Assembly: GCF_902713615.1 (NCBI RefSeq) | Contig: NW_024055654.1 | Span: 248,001-312,000 of the forward strand | Length of the DNA: 64,000 nucleotides | Reading direction: 5' to 3' | Source of the DNA: Scyliorhinus canicula | Taxonomy: Eukaryota | Part shown: positions 38,903 to 51,399 of the stretch, piece after piece | Numbering within the stretch: the stretch's first letter is position 1 | Layout: each line of letters starts with the position of its first letter | The notes under the pieces: model-generated | What the model saw: the letters and a program-made list of their open reading frames with translations, nothing else | What the model was told of the DNA's origin: nothing | Database searches by the model: none | Position numbers and translations under genes: made by a program

Positions 38903-39639
38903 GTGAGTGAGTGAGAGAGAACCCGTTAGAACACAAAGGCAGGTTGTGAAATTGAGCTGAATTAATCTGGTCATTTGTGGAGCCGACACTAGGAGAAAGT
39001 GACCATGAAAGTCACTGGATTACGGAGTATGATGCAGCAACATAGCACAGTGGTTAGCACAGTTGTTTCGCAGGCTTGGGACAAATGGCCTCGTTCTGCA
39101 CTGTAAATTCTATGATTCTAGGCTCACTGGGGACAAGGTTTGGTGATGTCATTCATCTAATGCTGTGGGGACATGGGTTCAAGTGTCACCAAGGCAGCTG
39201 GTGGAAGTTGAATTTAACGAATAAATCAGGAATATAATGTGGGCGGCATGGTGATTGGCACTGCTGCCTCACAGTGCCAGGGACATGGGTTTGATTCCAA
39301 CCTCGGGTGACTGGGTGGAGTTTGCACATTCTTCTGTGTCTGTGTGGGTTGACTCCGGGTGCTGCGGTCACCATCCACAGTCCAAAGAAGGGCAATGATC
39401 ATATCATTGATTTCCTCTGATATTCATCACCCACCCAAATCGACTCCACATTCTTGGGGCCCGGATCGTCCCTCAGAACTGTACTTATTTCCTCCCTTAT
39501 TAGCAGAACTACCCCGCCACCTATTCCTTCCTGCCTGTTCGTCCCAAAAGTCAAATGATCCTGAACACCTATGTCCCCATTTGAATAGATACTCACCACT
39601 TCCTACTTATCAATCAGCAGGTTCTCAGAGTACTACCCT

Positions 39640-40310
39640 ACGATGCTGACAGCAGGACACTTCCCAGTCTGCTTCGCTGCAATGCTGACAACAGTACATT
39701 CTTCACCATCTGCTTCACTCCGATGCTGACAGCAGGACACTCTTCCTAGTCTGCTTCACTCCGATACTGACAGCAGGACACTCTTCCCAGTCTGCGTCAC
39801 TGTGATGCTGACAGCAGGACAATCTTCCCAGTCTGCTTCATTGTGATGCTGACATCAGGACACTCTTCCCAGTCTGCTTCACTCCGATATTGACAGCAAA
39901 ACACTCTTCCCAGTCTGCTTCACTGTGATGCTGACAGCAGGACACTCTTCCCAATCTGCTTCACTGCGATGCTGACAGGACACTCTTCCCAGTCTGCTTC
40001 ACTGCAATGCTGACAGCAGGACACTTCCCAGTCTGCTTCACTGCTACGCTGACAGCAGGACACTCTTCCCAGTCTGCTTCACTGCTACGCTGACAGCAGG
40101 ATTATCTACCCAGTCTGCTTCACTGCTACGCTGACAGCAGGACAGTCTTCCCAGTCTGCTTCACTGCTACGCTGACAGCAGGATACTCTTCCCAGTCTGC
40201 TTCACTGCTACGCTGACATCAGGACACTCTTCCCAGTCTGCTTCACTGCTACGCTGACAGCAGGACACTCTTCCCAGTCTGCTTCACTGCTACACTGACA
40301 GCAGGACACA
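39640..40310. repeat. 41-bp minisatellite, ~16 units (GCTGACAGCAGGACACTCTTCCCAGTCTGCTTCACTGCTAC)
   Basis: Direct repeats. Confidence 0.95.
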
Positions 40311-40802
40311 CTTCTGTAACCGTCTCACTGTGATACACCCTGATTGCGATACACCCTAATGAATTGAGTGACTCAGTCAGGTCCTGCATGTGATGGTTGC
40401 TTTGAGTGTCCCGTCGGCAAGTCCTTCCCATTTAATATCCTATAAAAAGGACTTTACTAAAAAAAGCCATCACTGTGTCCAGGATAGGAATTTTTTTTTT
40501 AAATAATTTTTATTGAAAGAGTTTTTCCATACAAACATTTACCCCTACTAATTTTTAAATTATTTACAACACAATCCCTCTAGGCAAATGTCCCTCCCTC
40601 GCCCGCCCTCTCGCGCGCACCAGTCCTCCCCCCCCCCCCCCCAGGCAACCTTAACAAACAAGGCAGCCTACAGTTTCAGACATGAGCAGCGAGCAGACTT
40701 GCCCGCGTTACAGTCGTGCATGTCCCCCCACGGCCCTTGCTGCCCCCCCCTCCCCTCCCCCCCCCCCCCCCCCCGGGTTGCTGCTGCCACGACCCCGAAC
40801 GT

Positions 40803-43800
40803 CTATCTCTGATCTAAAAAGTCAAGGAAAGGTTGCCACCGCCTGGCGAATCCCTGTACCGACCCTCTCAGGGCAAATTTGATCCTTTCTAGCTGAATAT
40901 AGCTAGCCATATCATTAATCCAAGTTTCAACGCTTGGAGGCCTCGCGTCCTTCCATTGAATTAATATCCTTCGTCGAGCCACTAGGGACGCAAAGGCCAG
41001 TATTCCGGCCTCCCTAGCCTCCTGTACCCCCGGTTCTACCCCGACCCCAAAGATCGCAAGCCCCCATCCTGGTTTGACCCTGGACCCCACCACCTTCGAC
41101 ACCGTCCTTGCCACCCCCTTCCAGAACCCTTCCAGCACCGGACATGCCCAGAACATATGCACATGGTTCGCTGGGCTTCCCAGACATCTGACACACCTGT
41201 CCTCACCCCCAAAGAACCGGCTCATCCTTGTCCCCGTCATGTGAGCTCTATGCAGCACCTTAAATTGAATGAGGCTCAGTCTCGCACACGAGGAGGAAGA
41301 GTTGACCTTCTCCAGTGCATCCGCCCACGTCCCGTCTTCTATCTGCTCTCCCAGCTCCCCTTCCCACTTGGCTTTCAGTTCCTCCCCTGATGCTGCTTCC
41401 GCCTCCTGCATTATCTTGTAGATGTCTGATATCTTCCCCCCTCCGACCCAGACCCCCGAGAGCACCCTATCACTCGCCCCCTTACTGGGGAGCAGGGGAA
41501 ACCCCTCCACCTGCCGCCTAGCAAATGCCTTCACTTGTAGATATCTGAACATGTTTCCCGGGGGGAGCTCAAACTTCTCCTCCAGCCCTCCCAGGCTCGC
41601 AAACCTCCCCTCTATAAACAGGTCCTTCAGCTGCCGTATGCCCACCCTGTACCAGCTCTGAAATCCCCCGTCGATGTTCCCCGGGATGAATCTATGGTTC
41701 CCTCTTATTGGCGCCGCCAACAGACCTCCCATTTCCCCCCTATGTCGCCTCCACTGCCCCCATATCTTGAGGGTGGCCGCCACCACCGGGCTCGTGGTGT
41801 ACCTCGTGGGGGGGAGCGGCCATGGTGCCGTTACTAGGGCCCCCAGGCTTGTGTTGCCACAGGACGCCCTCTCCAATCGTTTCCAAGCTGCCCCCTCCCC
41901 TTCCATCATCCACTTGCGCACCATTGACACATTTGCCGCCCAGTAGTACCCCGAGAGATTGGGCAGTGCCAGCCCTCCACTGTCCCTACTCCGCTCCAAA
42001 AAGACCCTCCTCACCCTTGGGGTGCCATGCGCCCACACGTAGCTCATGATGCTACTCGTCACCTTTTTGAAGAAGGCCCTAGGGAGGAAGATGGGCAAAG
42101 CACTGAAATAAAAACAAGAACCTTGGGAGGACCGTCATTTTGATTGACTGCACCCTCCCCGCCAGCGACAACGGTACCATGTCCCACCTCTTAAATTCCT
42201 CCTCCATCTGTTCCACCAGCCTGGAAAAGTTCAACTTGTGGAGGGTCCCCCAGTTCCTTGCCACCTGCACCCCTAAGTACCTAAAGCTCTTTCCTGCTCG
42301 CTTGAAGGGGAGTCTCCCAATACCCTCTCCCTGGTCCCCCGGGTGTATCACAAAAACCTCGCTTTTGCCCAAATTTAGTTTGTACCCCGAGAAGTCCCCA
42401 AACTCTGCTAATAGTTCCATTATCTCCGGCATTCCCCCTTCTGGGTCTGCCACGTACAGCAGTAGATCATCCGCATACAGCGATACTCGATGTTCCTCCC
42501 CTCCCCTAGTCAGTCCTCTCCACCCCCCTGAACCCCTCAGTGCCATCGCCAACGGTTCAATCGCCAGTGCGAAAAGTAGGGGGGATAGGGGACATCCCTG
42601 CCTGGTCCCTCGGTGGAGCCCGAAATACTCCGACCTCCTCCCGTTTGTCACTACACTCGCCGTCGGGGCCGAGTAGAGCAACTTCACCCACTTAATAAAC
42701 CCTTCCCCAAACCCAAACCGTTCCAACGTCTCCCACAGGTACTCCCACTCCACCCTATCGAATGCCTTCTCCGCGTCCAGCGCTACCACTATCTCAGCCT
42801 CCCCCTCCACTGCCGGCATCATAATTACATTCAGCAATCTCCGCACGTTCGTGTTGAGCTGCCGCCCCTTCACGAACCCCGTCTGGTCCTCATGGATTAC
42901 CCCTGGCACACAATCCTCTATTCTAGCTGCCAGGATCTTTGCCAGCAACTTGGCATCCACGTTCAGAAGCGAGATAGGCCTGTAGGACCCGCACTGCACG
43001 GGGTCTTTATCCCGCTTCAATATCAGGGAGATCAGAGCCTGCGACATTGTCGGGGGCAGAACCCCCCCCTCTCGCGCCTCATTAAAGGCTCGTACCAGTA
43101 CCGGTCCCACCAAGTCCACATTTTTCTTATAGAATTCCACCGGGAACCCATCTGGCCCCGGCGCCTTCCCCGCTTGCATCTGACCTATTCCCTTGACTAG
43201 CTCCTCTAGCCCTATTGGCGCCCCCAGCCCTTCTACCAGCCCCTCCTGGACCCTTGGGAACCTCAATTTGTTTAGGAAGTCCTCCATTCCCCCTCTCCTC
43301 GTCGGCGGCTCAGACCGATACAACTCCTTGTAAAAATCCCTGAAGACCCCGTTCACTTCTTGCCCCTTCTGCACTACCTTCCCGCCCCTCTCCTTCACTC
43401 CCCCAATCTCCCTAGCCGCATCTCGTTTGCGAAGCTGGTGTGCCAGCATCCTGCTCGCCTTTTCCCCATACTCATAGACCGCGCCCTGTGCCCTTCTCCA
43501 CTGCGTCTCTGCCTTCCTGGTGGTCAGCAGGTCGAACTTGACCTGCAGGCTGCGCCGTTCTCCCAGCAGCCCCTCCTCTGGTGCCTCCGCATATCTCCTA
43601 TCCACTTCCAATAGCTCCCCCACCAGCCTCTCCCTCTCCTGCCTCTCCTTTCTTTCTCTGTGCGCCCTTATGGAGATCAGCTCTCCCCTGATCACTGCCT
43701 TCAGGGCCTCCCAGACCATCCCCACCTGCACCTCACCCGTGTCATTCAAGTCCAGATAGCTTTCAATGCTCTTCCGGACCCTTTTACACACCTCGTCGTC

Positions 43801-44598
43801 CGCTAACAGCCCCACATCCAGCCGCCACAGCGGGCGCTGGTCCCGCGCCTCCCCCATTTCCACATCCACCCAATGCGGTGCATGATCAGAGATCGCAATG
43901 GCCGAGTACTCAGCTTCCCGTACCCTCGGGATCAGCCCCCTGCTCAACACGAAGAAATCGATTCTGGAGTACACTCTATGGACGTGGGAGAAAAAGGAAT
44001 ACCCCCTCGCCCTCGGCCTACCAAACCTCCATGGGTCTACTCCTCCCATCTGCTCCATGTACCCCCTCAGCACTTCTGCCGCTGCCGGCCTCCTATTGGT
44101 CCTTGAGCTCGATCTGTCTAGCCCGGGGTCCAGCACTGTGTTAAAGTCCCCCCCCATGATCAAGCCCCCTGCCTCCAGTCCCGGAATGAGGCCCAATAGG
44201 CGCCTCATAAAACCCGCGTCATCCCAGTTCGGGGCATATACGTTGACCATCACCACTTTCTCCCCCTGCAGCTTACCCTTCACCATCACATACCTACCCT
44301 CCTTATCCGCCACCACCTCCTCCGCCACGAACGACACCCTCTTTCCCACCAGAATCGCCACCCCCCGGTTCTTTGCGTCCAATCCAGAGTGGAACACCTG
44401 TCCCACCCACCCCCTTCTCAGGCGAACCTGGTCCACTACCTTCAGATGGGTCTCCTGTAACATTGCTACATCAGCCTTCAGTCCCTTCAGGTGTGAGAAT
44501 ACCCTTGATCTCTTGACCGGCCCATTCAACCCCCTCACGTTCCAAGTGATCAGCCGGGTCGCGGGACGACCCGCCCCCTTCCCCTGCCGATTAGCCAT
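40803..44598 (-). CDS. L1 ORF2p (APE endonuclease, reverse transcriptase, Cys-rich C-terminus), ~1264 aa, with one +1 frameshift near 42099
   Basis: WNVRGLN, LQETH, GGDFN, SDH, KAPGPDG, YADD and CxxC..HxxWxC motifs. The 879-aa and 431-aa ORFs join if one T is removed from TGCTTTGCCC. Confidence 0.95.
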
Positions 44599-45369
44599 GT
44601 CCTGTTCCCTGCTCGCCCCGGGTCGACCCTTCCCTTCTGACCCGCTCCCCATGGCGATGTCCCCCTCCCCCCACCTCTCCAGCCCTCCACTTCCCGTTTC
44701 TGGTCTTTTCAGCAGCAACCCGGTATCCCTCCCTAACCCCCCTCACCCCCCACCCCCAGGCTAGGACCCCTCCTAGCCGCGATGTACCCTCCATCGTACT
44801 CCCGTAAGTCAGCTGGTTCACGCTGACCCGGCTGCTCCTGCCACACTCCGACTCCCCCCGGCTCGGGGGGGGGGGCCTCCCCCCCCTTGCCACTCCTCCC
44901 TGGCCCCGCTCCAGCGCGGGAAAGGTCGCCATTGCTAGCCACGCCCCACACTCCTCCCCTCCCCCCTCCTCTGCCCCGCGCGCGGGAAAACAGAGGAAAG
45001 CCCGCGCTTTCGCCCTGCCACACCCCACCCCGCCATCTTCAGTTCCACCCCCGTCCCCGTCCATGCCTGTAAAAGAACCCCCCCTAGGAACCCATATCCC
45101 CGATCTGCTCTCCCCCCCGTCCCACCTCCCCAACTTAACATTATAAATAACAGATAAATAACAAATAACAATGTACTTAACAGTCGCCCTCTACCAAACA
45201 GCATAAATAACCATAAATAACCATGAATAACCACAATAACAATAACTAAGGGAAGTTGGCAAAGGGGGAAAAAACATCAGAAGAAAAACCACAGCAAGAG
45301 TTCAAAATCCAAACAAAGAATTCAGCAGAAAGTACCCGAGCGGCTACGGCCGCCAAGTATCCCCTGGGT

Positions 45370-46215
45370 CTAATTCGAGTCCAGTTTCTCTTCCTGTACA
45401 AAGGCCCACGCCTCCTCTGGGGACTCAAAATAGTGGTGTTGGTTCCTGTAGGTGACCCACAAGCGCGCTGGCTGCAGCATTCCGAACCTGATCCGTTTTG
45501 CATGTAGCACCGCCTTCGTCCGGTTGTACCGGGCCCGCCGCTTTGCCACCTCCGCACTCCAGTCCTGGTAGACCCTCACCGTCGAATTCTCCCACTTGCT
45601 GCTCCTTTCCCTCTTGGCCCACTCCAGCACTCTCTCACGGTCGCTGAGTCGCTGGAACCGCACCAGCACCGCCCTCGGGGGCTCATTTGCTCTTGGCCTC
45701 CTAGCCATGACCCTGTAGGCCTCTTCCAGCTCCAGGGGCGAAGGGACGGCCCCTGCCCCCATCAGGGAGCTCAGCATTTCTGCTACATATCCCGGGAGGT
45801 CTGACCCCTCCAGGCCTTCTGCCAGGCCCAAGATCCTCAGGTTCTTCCGCCTCATTCGGGTATCCAGCTCCTCAAAACGGCTCTGCCATTTCAGGTGGAG
45901 TGCCTCGTGCACCTCTACCTTTCCCACGAGGACCGTGGCCTCCTCCTCCCTCACAGTCATCTCCTGTTGCAGCTCCCGAATCGACGCCTCTTGGGTCGCC
46001 TGGGCTCCCATCAGCCTGGTGGTCGTCGCATTCATTGACTCCAAGAGCTCCATTTTCAGCTCCGTAAAGAAGCGCAGGAGAGCGGCCTGCTGCTCCTCCG
46101 CCCATTTCCTCCATTCCTCGGGTGCGCCACCGGCCGCCATTTTGGTCTTCTTCCCCCGCTTTTTTTTGGGAGCTGCTGTTGCTTTCTTTACCACCCCACT
46201 CCGGGTACCGACCAT
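45370..46215 (-). CDS. L1 ORF1p (coiled coil, RRM, C-terminal domain); start at ATG 46215 or 46140
   Basis: RRKNLRILGLAEG, AYRV..PRAVLVRF, YQDWS..RR and PARLWVT are L1 ORF1-type motifs. Confidence 0.9.
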   Translation of the reverse strand: MVGTRSGVVKKATAAPKKKRGKKTKMAAGGAPEEWRKWAEEQQAALLRFFTELKMELLESMNATTTRLMGAQATQEASIRELQQEMTVREEEATVLVGKVEVHEALHLKWQSRFEELDTRMRRKNLRILGLAEGLEGSDLPGYVAEMLSSLMGAGAVPSPLELEEAYRVMARRPRANEPPRAVLVRFQRLSDRERVLEWAKRERSSKWENSTVRVYQDWSAEVAKRRARYNRTKAVLHAKRIRFGMLQPARLWVTYRNQHHYFESPEEAWAFVQEEKLDSN

Positions 46216-46529
46216 AAAGTTGGTCTGGTTCTCTTCAGGGAGCCTTCCCCCACCGGGATTTGTCCTTACAGCGCCGTTGGGGCCCTCCAATCGGCCCGAA
46301 AACACCTTTGTAGCAGGAGCAGCCAAACGTGCGACTTAGCTGGTCATAGCCGCAACCGGAAGTCCAGGATAGGAATTGAGAGACATTTTTCTTGTCTGTT
46401 GCAAATCCTTCCCTCTTAATCCTGAAGTTTCTAAACACTCCGTGCAAACTGAGCGCGGGATTTTGTAATTCAGGTTTGCAGTCCTACACCGAGTGTTTGA
46501 CAATCCCTCCCAGTCCACTCTCCTGCACT

Positions 46530-46960
46530 CGGCCCGTTTCTCCGGTGGACTTTCAACCTGGCCGCCTTCTTCCTGATCCGGAAATCGCACTGCGCATGCT
46601 TCACCTAGCTCCGCCCCTTATTACTCCAATTGGTTGGAGGACCAGCCGCTCCCGACCTCCATCACCTATTGGTCCGAGGCCGATGTCAATCAATGTGCTG
46701 GAGCATGCGCAGCCGAAAGATTCTGACCAGGAGCCAGCTGCTTTTTAAAGGCGGAGTGCAGATCCAGAGGCGAAAATAAACCCGTGAATCGAGATAGAAC
46801 CGATGGGGAGGTAAAAGAGACTTAATAAATTAATTAAATGGACACTGAATCCTGAATAAGCTCTGGGTCCCGCGATTGCTCGGTGCTGAGACTTTTCTCC
46901 AGCACAGGCCTGATTTAACGGCCGCCATCTTTTTGCGGGGCAATGACCTTCCATCAGGGC
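46530..46960. promoter_or_regulatory. CpG island and bidirectional promoter with the ZNF module at 46587-46712
   Basis: TGCGCATGC, CCGCCCC, ATTGG twice, GCATGCGCA and YY1-like CGGCCGCCATCTT. Donor-like GAG/GTAAAA at 46811. Confidence 0.7.
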
Positions 46961-47100
46961 CGATGGGAATCTGAAACTTTACATGTTACGTTCATCCGGA
47001 TTGATGCAAAAATACCAAATTTAAAAGCGAATAACAATTACTAATATAGGAGGAAAAGGTGTAAATTGGTCAGACACTCAGTTCTGATTGGGCAGGACTT

Positions 47101-47458
47101 TAGAACATAGAACATAGAACAATACAGCACAGAACAGGCCCTTCGGCCCTCGATGTTGTGCCGAGCAATGATCACCCTACTGAAGCCAACGTATCCACCC
47201 TATACCAGTAACCCAACAACCCCCCCCCCCCCCCCATTAACCTTATTCTTTAGGACACTAAGGGCAATTTAGCATAGCCAATCCACCTAACCCGCACATC
47301 TTTGGACTGTGGGAGGAAACCGGAGCACCCGGAGGAAACCCACGCGCACACGGGGAGGATGTGCAGACTCCGCACAGACAGTGACCCAGCCGGGAATCGA
47401 ACCTGGGACCCTGGAGCTGTGAAGCATTTATGTTAACCACCATGCTACCGTGCTGCCC
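47101..47458 (-). mobile_element. HE1-like SINE, tail type A
   Basis: Near-identical to 6811-7154, with a (TGTTCTA)n tail. Confidence 0.9.
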
Positions 47459-48159
47459 TGGCGAATGCAGCAGGGAGCTATCATCTCCTATGGAGTTGTT
47501 TAGGTCCAGAAGAGGCCCCTTTCCTAGACACATTCCATTTTCCGAGTATGAATATATGGACCTTCTCGCAAGTGTTAGTGGAACACTTTACGAGCCCGAC
47601 TGAGAATCTTCAAAATTTGGTATTCCTGTGTCTGTCGCGATGTGTATCAGATATAAAAGGTTTTGACACAACGTCCTTTTAGCAATACTCCAGTGTCTTA
47701 AAGGATGAGAAAGTAGGAGACAGAGAGAGAGATGGAAAGAGAGAATTTCAGAGTTTGAGGATGAGAGATCAGAAGGCATGGTCACTAATGGTGGAACAAT
47801 GAAAAAGCGAATTAGAGAAGCGCAGATATCTCGGAGGGTTGTAGAGATGGGTGATGAAGCCGTGGAGAGATGTGAACACAATGAGGAGAATTTTAATCTA
47901 AAGGCATTTAGAGTGAGAAAGAGATGAAAAATTGTTCCATAGAAACTGGAATTCTATATTTTTATTTTTGGGTGATGACTTTTGCAAACTCTTTTTGCAG
48001 ATAATTAGAAAAAGAGGATTTGCAGATGGGAAACTTGAATCAAATATCATATAAAGATCCAGCACAGTCACTCGATTCATCAGGACCTGAATATCTTCTG
48101 GCTTTGAATTGGAAGGAAATGTTCATCTGTTCTGTCTGTGGGAAAAGACCTCAAACAAA

Positions 48160-48390
48160 ATGTGACTGGAAAAGCATTGAGACACACACACCCGAGTGAG
48201 AGTGTTCCAGTGAACTGACCGTGGAAACATCAGTGTGACTGGAAAAGCAGCGAGACCCACACAACACACACCCGAGTGAGAGTGTTCCAGTGAACTGACT
48301 GTGGAAACATCAGTGTGACTGGAAAAGCACCGAGACCCACACAACGCACACTCAACTGAGAGAGTTCCAGTGAACTGACTGTGGAAAGAG
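48160..48390 (+). repeat. triplication (73-80 bp) of a dead zinc-finger segment in the ZNF 5' leader
   Basis: TGTGACTGGAAAAGCA..GTTCCAGTGAACTGAC.GTGGAAA occurs three times. Confidence 0.9.
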
Positions 48391-48512
48391 CTTTAACCAG
48401 TTACATAGTCTGAAAAAAACACACCATTACAGTGGGAAGAGATTTTACAAGTGTGTGTGCACGAAGACTTAACTGATCATTCAACCTGGAAAAACACAAG
48501 GACACCCGCACA

Positions 48513-49271
48513 ATGGAGAAACCCTGGAAATGTGAGGACTGTGGGAAAGGATTCAGTTGCCCAGCCCTGCTGGAAATTCATCGACGCAGTCACACTGGGG
48601 AGAGACCATTCACCTGCTCCGAGTGTGGAAAGGGATTCACTCAGTCATCCCAACTGCTAACACACCAACGGTTTCACACTGGGGAGAAACCGTTCACCTG
48701 TTCTGAGTGTGGGAAGGGATTCACTCAGTTATCTGACCTGCGGAGACACCAGCTAGTTCATACTGGGGAGACTCGTTTCAGCTGCTCCGAGTGTGGGAAG
48801 GAATTCATTCAGTCATCCAATCTGCTGAGACACCAGCAAGTTCACACTGGGGAGAGACCGTTCACCTGTCCTGTATGTGGAAAAGCATTCATTGGGTCCT
48901 CTGACCTGCTAAGTCACCAGCGGATTCACAGTGAGGAGAGGCTGTTCAGCTGTACATCCTGTGGAAAGAGATTCCGGACTTCAGCCCACCTCAGTGTACA
49001 CCAGCGAGTTCACGCTGGGGAGAAGCCGTTCATCTGCTCTGAGTGTAGGAAGCAATTTGCTCAGTTATCTCACCTACAGACACACCAGCGAATACACACT
49101 GGGGAGAGACCATTCACCTGCTCTGAGTGTGGCAACAAATTCACTTGTTCATCCCACTTGAGGAGACACCAGCGAGTTCACACAGGGAACAGGCCATTTA
49201 CCTGCTCCACGTGTGGGAAGATATTCACTCAGTCTGGCAGCCTGCTGAGACACCAGCGAGTTCACAAGTGA
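48513..49271 (+). CDS. intact class-2 C2H2 ZNF, 252 aa, 9 fingers
   Basis: MEKPWKC start and HQRVHK* end. Acceptor TTTTGCAG at 48000. Confidence 0.9.
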   Translation: MEKPWKCEDCGKGFSCPALLEIHRRSHTGERPFTCSECGKGFTQSSQLLTHQRFHTGEKPFTCSECGKGFTQLSDLRRHQLVHTGETRFSCSECGKEFIQSSNLLRHQQVHTGERPFTCPVCGKAFIGSSDLLSHQRIHSEERLFSCTSCGKRFRTSAHLSVHQRVHAGEKPFICSECRKQFAQLSHLQTHQRIHTGERPFTCSECGNKFTCSSHLRRHQRVHTGNRPFTCSTCGKIFTQSGSLLRHQRVHK

Positions 49272-49298
49272 CTGCAGGGATTTGATTTTGTTGCTATT

Positions 49299-50318
49299 GA
49301 ACTCCTAACCTGAACTTCCTAAACCACAGGCCACAATCAGTAAGGATAGGCAACAACACCTTCTCCACGATCATCCTCAACACCGGTGCCCCACAAGGCT
49401 GTGTCGTCAACCCACCACTATACTCCTTATACACCTGTGACTGTGTGGCTAAATTCCCCTCAAACTCGATTTTCAAATTTGCTGATGACACCACCGTAGT
49501 GGGTCGGATCTCAAACAATAACGAGACGGAGTACAGGAATGAGATCGAGAATCTGGTGAACTGGTATGTCGACAATAATCTCTCCCTCAATGTCAACAAA
49601 ACAAAGGAGATTGTCATCGATTTCAGGAAGCATAGTGGAGAACATGCCCCTGTCTACATCAATGGGAATGAAGTAGAAAGGGTCGAGAGCATCAGGTTGT
49701 TAGGTGTACAGATCACCAACAACCTGTCCTGATCCCCCCATGCCGACACAATAGTTAAGAAAGCCCATCAACGACTCTACTTTCTTAGAAGACTAAGGAA
49801 ATTTGGCATGTCAGCTACGACTCACCAAATTTTACAGATGCACCATATAAAGCATTCTTTCTGGTTGTATCACAGCTTGGTATGGAGCCTGCTCTACCCA
49901 AGACCGCAGGAAATTACAAAATGTTGTGAATGTAGCCCAATCCATCACGCAAACCAGCCTCCCATCCACTGACTATCTATAATTCCCGCTGCCTCGGAAA
50001 GGCAGCCAGCATCATTAAGGACCCCATGCACCCCGGACATACTCTCTTCCACCTTCTTCCATCAGGAAAAAGTTCCAAAGTTTGAAGTTGTGTACTAACT
50101 GACTCAAGAAAGCTTCTTCCCTGCTGCCATCAGACTTTTGAATGGACCTACCTCGTATTAAGTTGATCTTTTCTCTACACCATGCTATAACTTTAACATT
50201 ATATTCTGCAGTTTCTCCTTCCTTCCCTATGTAAGGTATGCATTGTTTGAACAACATGCAAGAAACAATACTTTTCACTGTATACTAATATATGTGACAA
50301 TAATAAATCAAATCAAAA
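49299..50318 (+). mobile_element. 5'-truncated Rex1/Babar-like LINE in the ZNF 3'UTR
   Basis: TGAPQGCV, KFADDTTVVGRI and LNVNKTKEIVIDFRK motifs, with an (AAATC)n tail. Imperfect TSD TTG(T/C)TGCTATT at 49288-49298 and 50322-50332. Confidence 0.85.
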
Positions 50319-50579
50319 TTATTGCTGCTATTAATCACATCCGGAACTGAACCTTGTTCATTCTGACAGTTGGGATTTGTTGTTCCTGATGTTATTAATC
50401 CCTGTAACTGGGCTGGAGTTTAATATTCTGGATCTGTAGCTGATTGTGTTCTCGGGGCTGTGGTGTCCCTTTAGGAAACACTGTCTGTGATCTTTCCCCA
50501 TAATTCAGGAACCCTCATCAGAAATTAGTTTACAACAAGTTTCTGAACTTTTACTTCAATCTCAAATTGTTAATTATTT

Positions 50580-51000
50580 TAAAGCTGTGTTCTGAGATTA
50601 CCAACCATCCTCCCAATGGAAACAATTTGTCTCCATGTAAACTTCTCAAGAATGGAATCTCTCCTGAATGAACTGAAACCCCTCATCCCTGACGCTATCC
50701 TGGTAACTTTTCCCAGCTTCCTCTCCAAGGCCTTGACATCTTTCCCAAAGTGAGGTGCTCAGAACTGAACACAATACTTCAGTTGAGGATTAATCAGTGA
50801 TTTGTAAAATTCAGTAGAACGGCCTTGCTTTTATTCTCCAAGTCTCCAGTGATAAACTGAGGATCCTATTAGATTTTTACAACAATTTGATCAGCCTGTC
50901 CTGTCGGACTCTGAAGTTTGTGTATATCCAGTCCCAGGTCACTCTGTTTAAAATTGCAGCATTTAGTTTTTTACTGTCTCTCCTAATTCCTGCTTCCAAA
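50580..51000 (-). mobile_element. old CR1 remnant
   Basis: Degenerate match to 26100-26500. Confidence 0.6.
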
Positions 51001-51399
51001 ATTCATAATTGACTGTCAGTCACTTTGGGATGTTCTGAGGGTTTGAAAGGTTCTAAATGAACACAAGAAATTTCTTTTACAGCTGACTTAAAGCTGTACA
51101 TTTTGCTCCAAAGGTTAAATTGGGATTGATATTCAAAGTTAACGTTTTTACAGGAAAGAGGAAAGATCCCAGACAGTGGGTCTCCCAGGTTCACTGCAGG
51201 CCCGACAACTCAATCAGCTCCACTCTCAGCTCAGGAGAGCTCAGCAGCTCCACACACTGTCCACAGGAGAGATCTCCTGGTCCAGCGGGACCAAGATTCG
51301 TGTTTTAACTGACACCACAAAAAAACTGGAGTAATCAGTCACTGGTCTGATTGCCATTTGTGGAATCTTACTTTGTACAAACTAGCTGTTGACAAACAG

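Larger units (their letters stand above)
40493..46361 (-). mobile_element. full-length L1-clade LINE (~5.9 kb) with poly-A tail and 16-bp TSD
   Basis: TSD GTCCAGGATAGGAATT at 40477-40492 and 46362-46377. Contains ORF1, ORF2, AATAAA and an A-tail. Confidence 0.97.

Noticed and set aside
42140-44764. Plus-strand ORFs antisense to L1 ORF2, and alternate-frame or antisense ORFs over ZNF and CR1 sequence
   Set aside because: These are shadow frames of real coding sequence.
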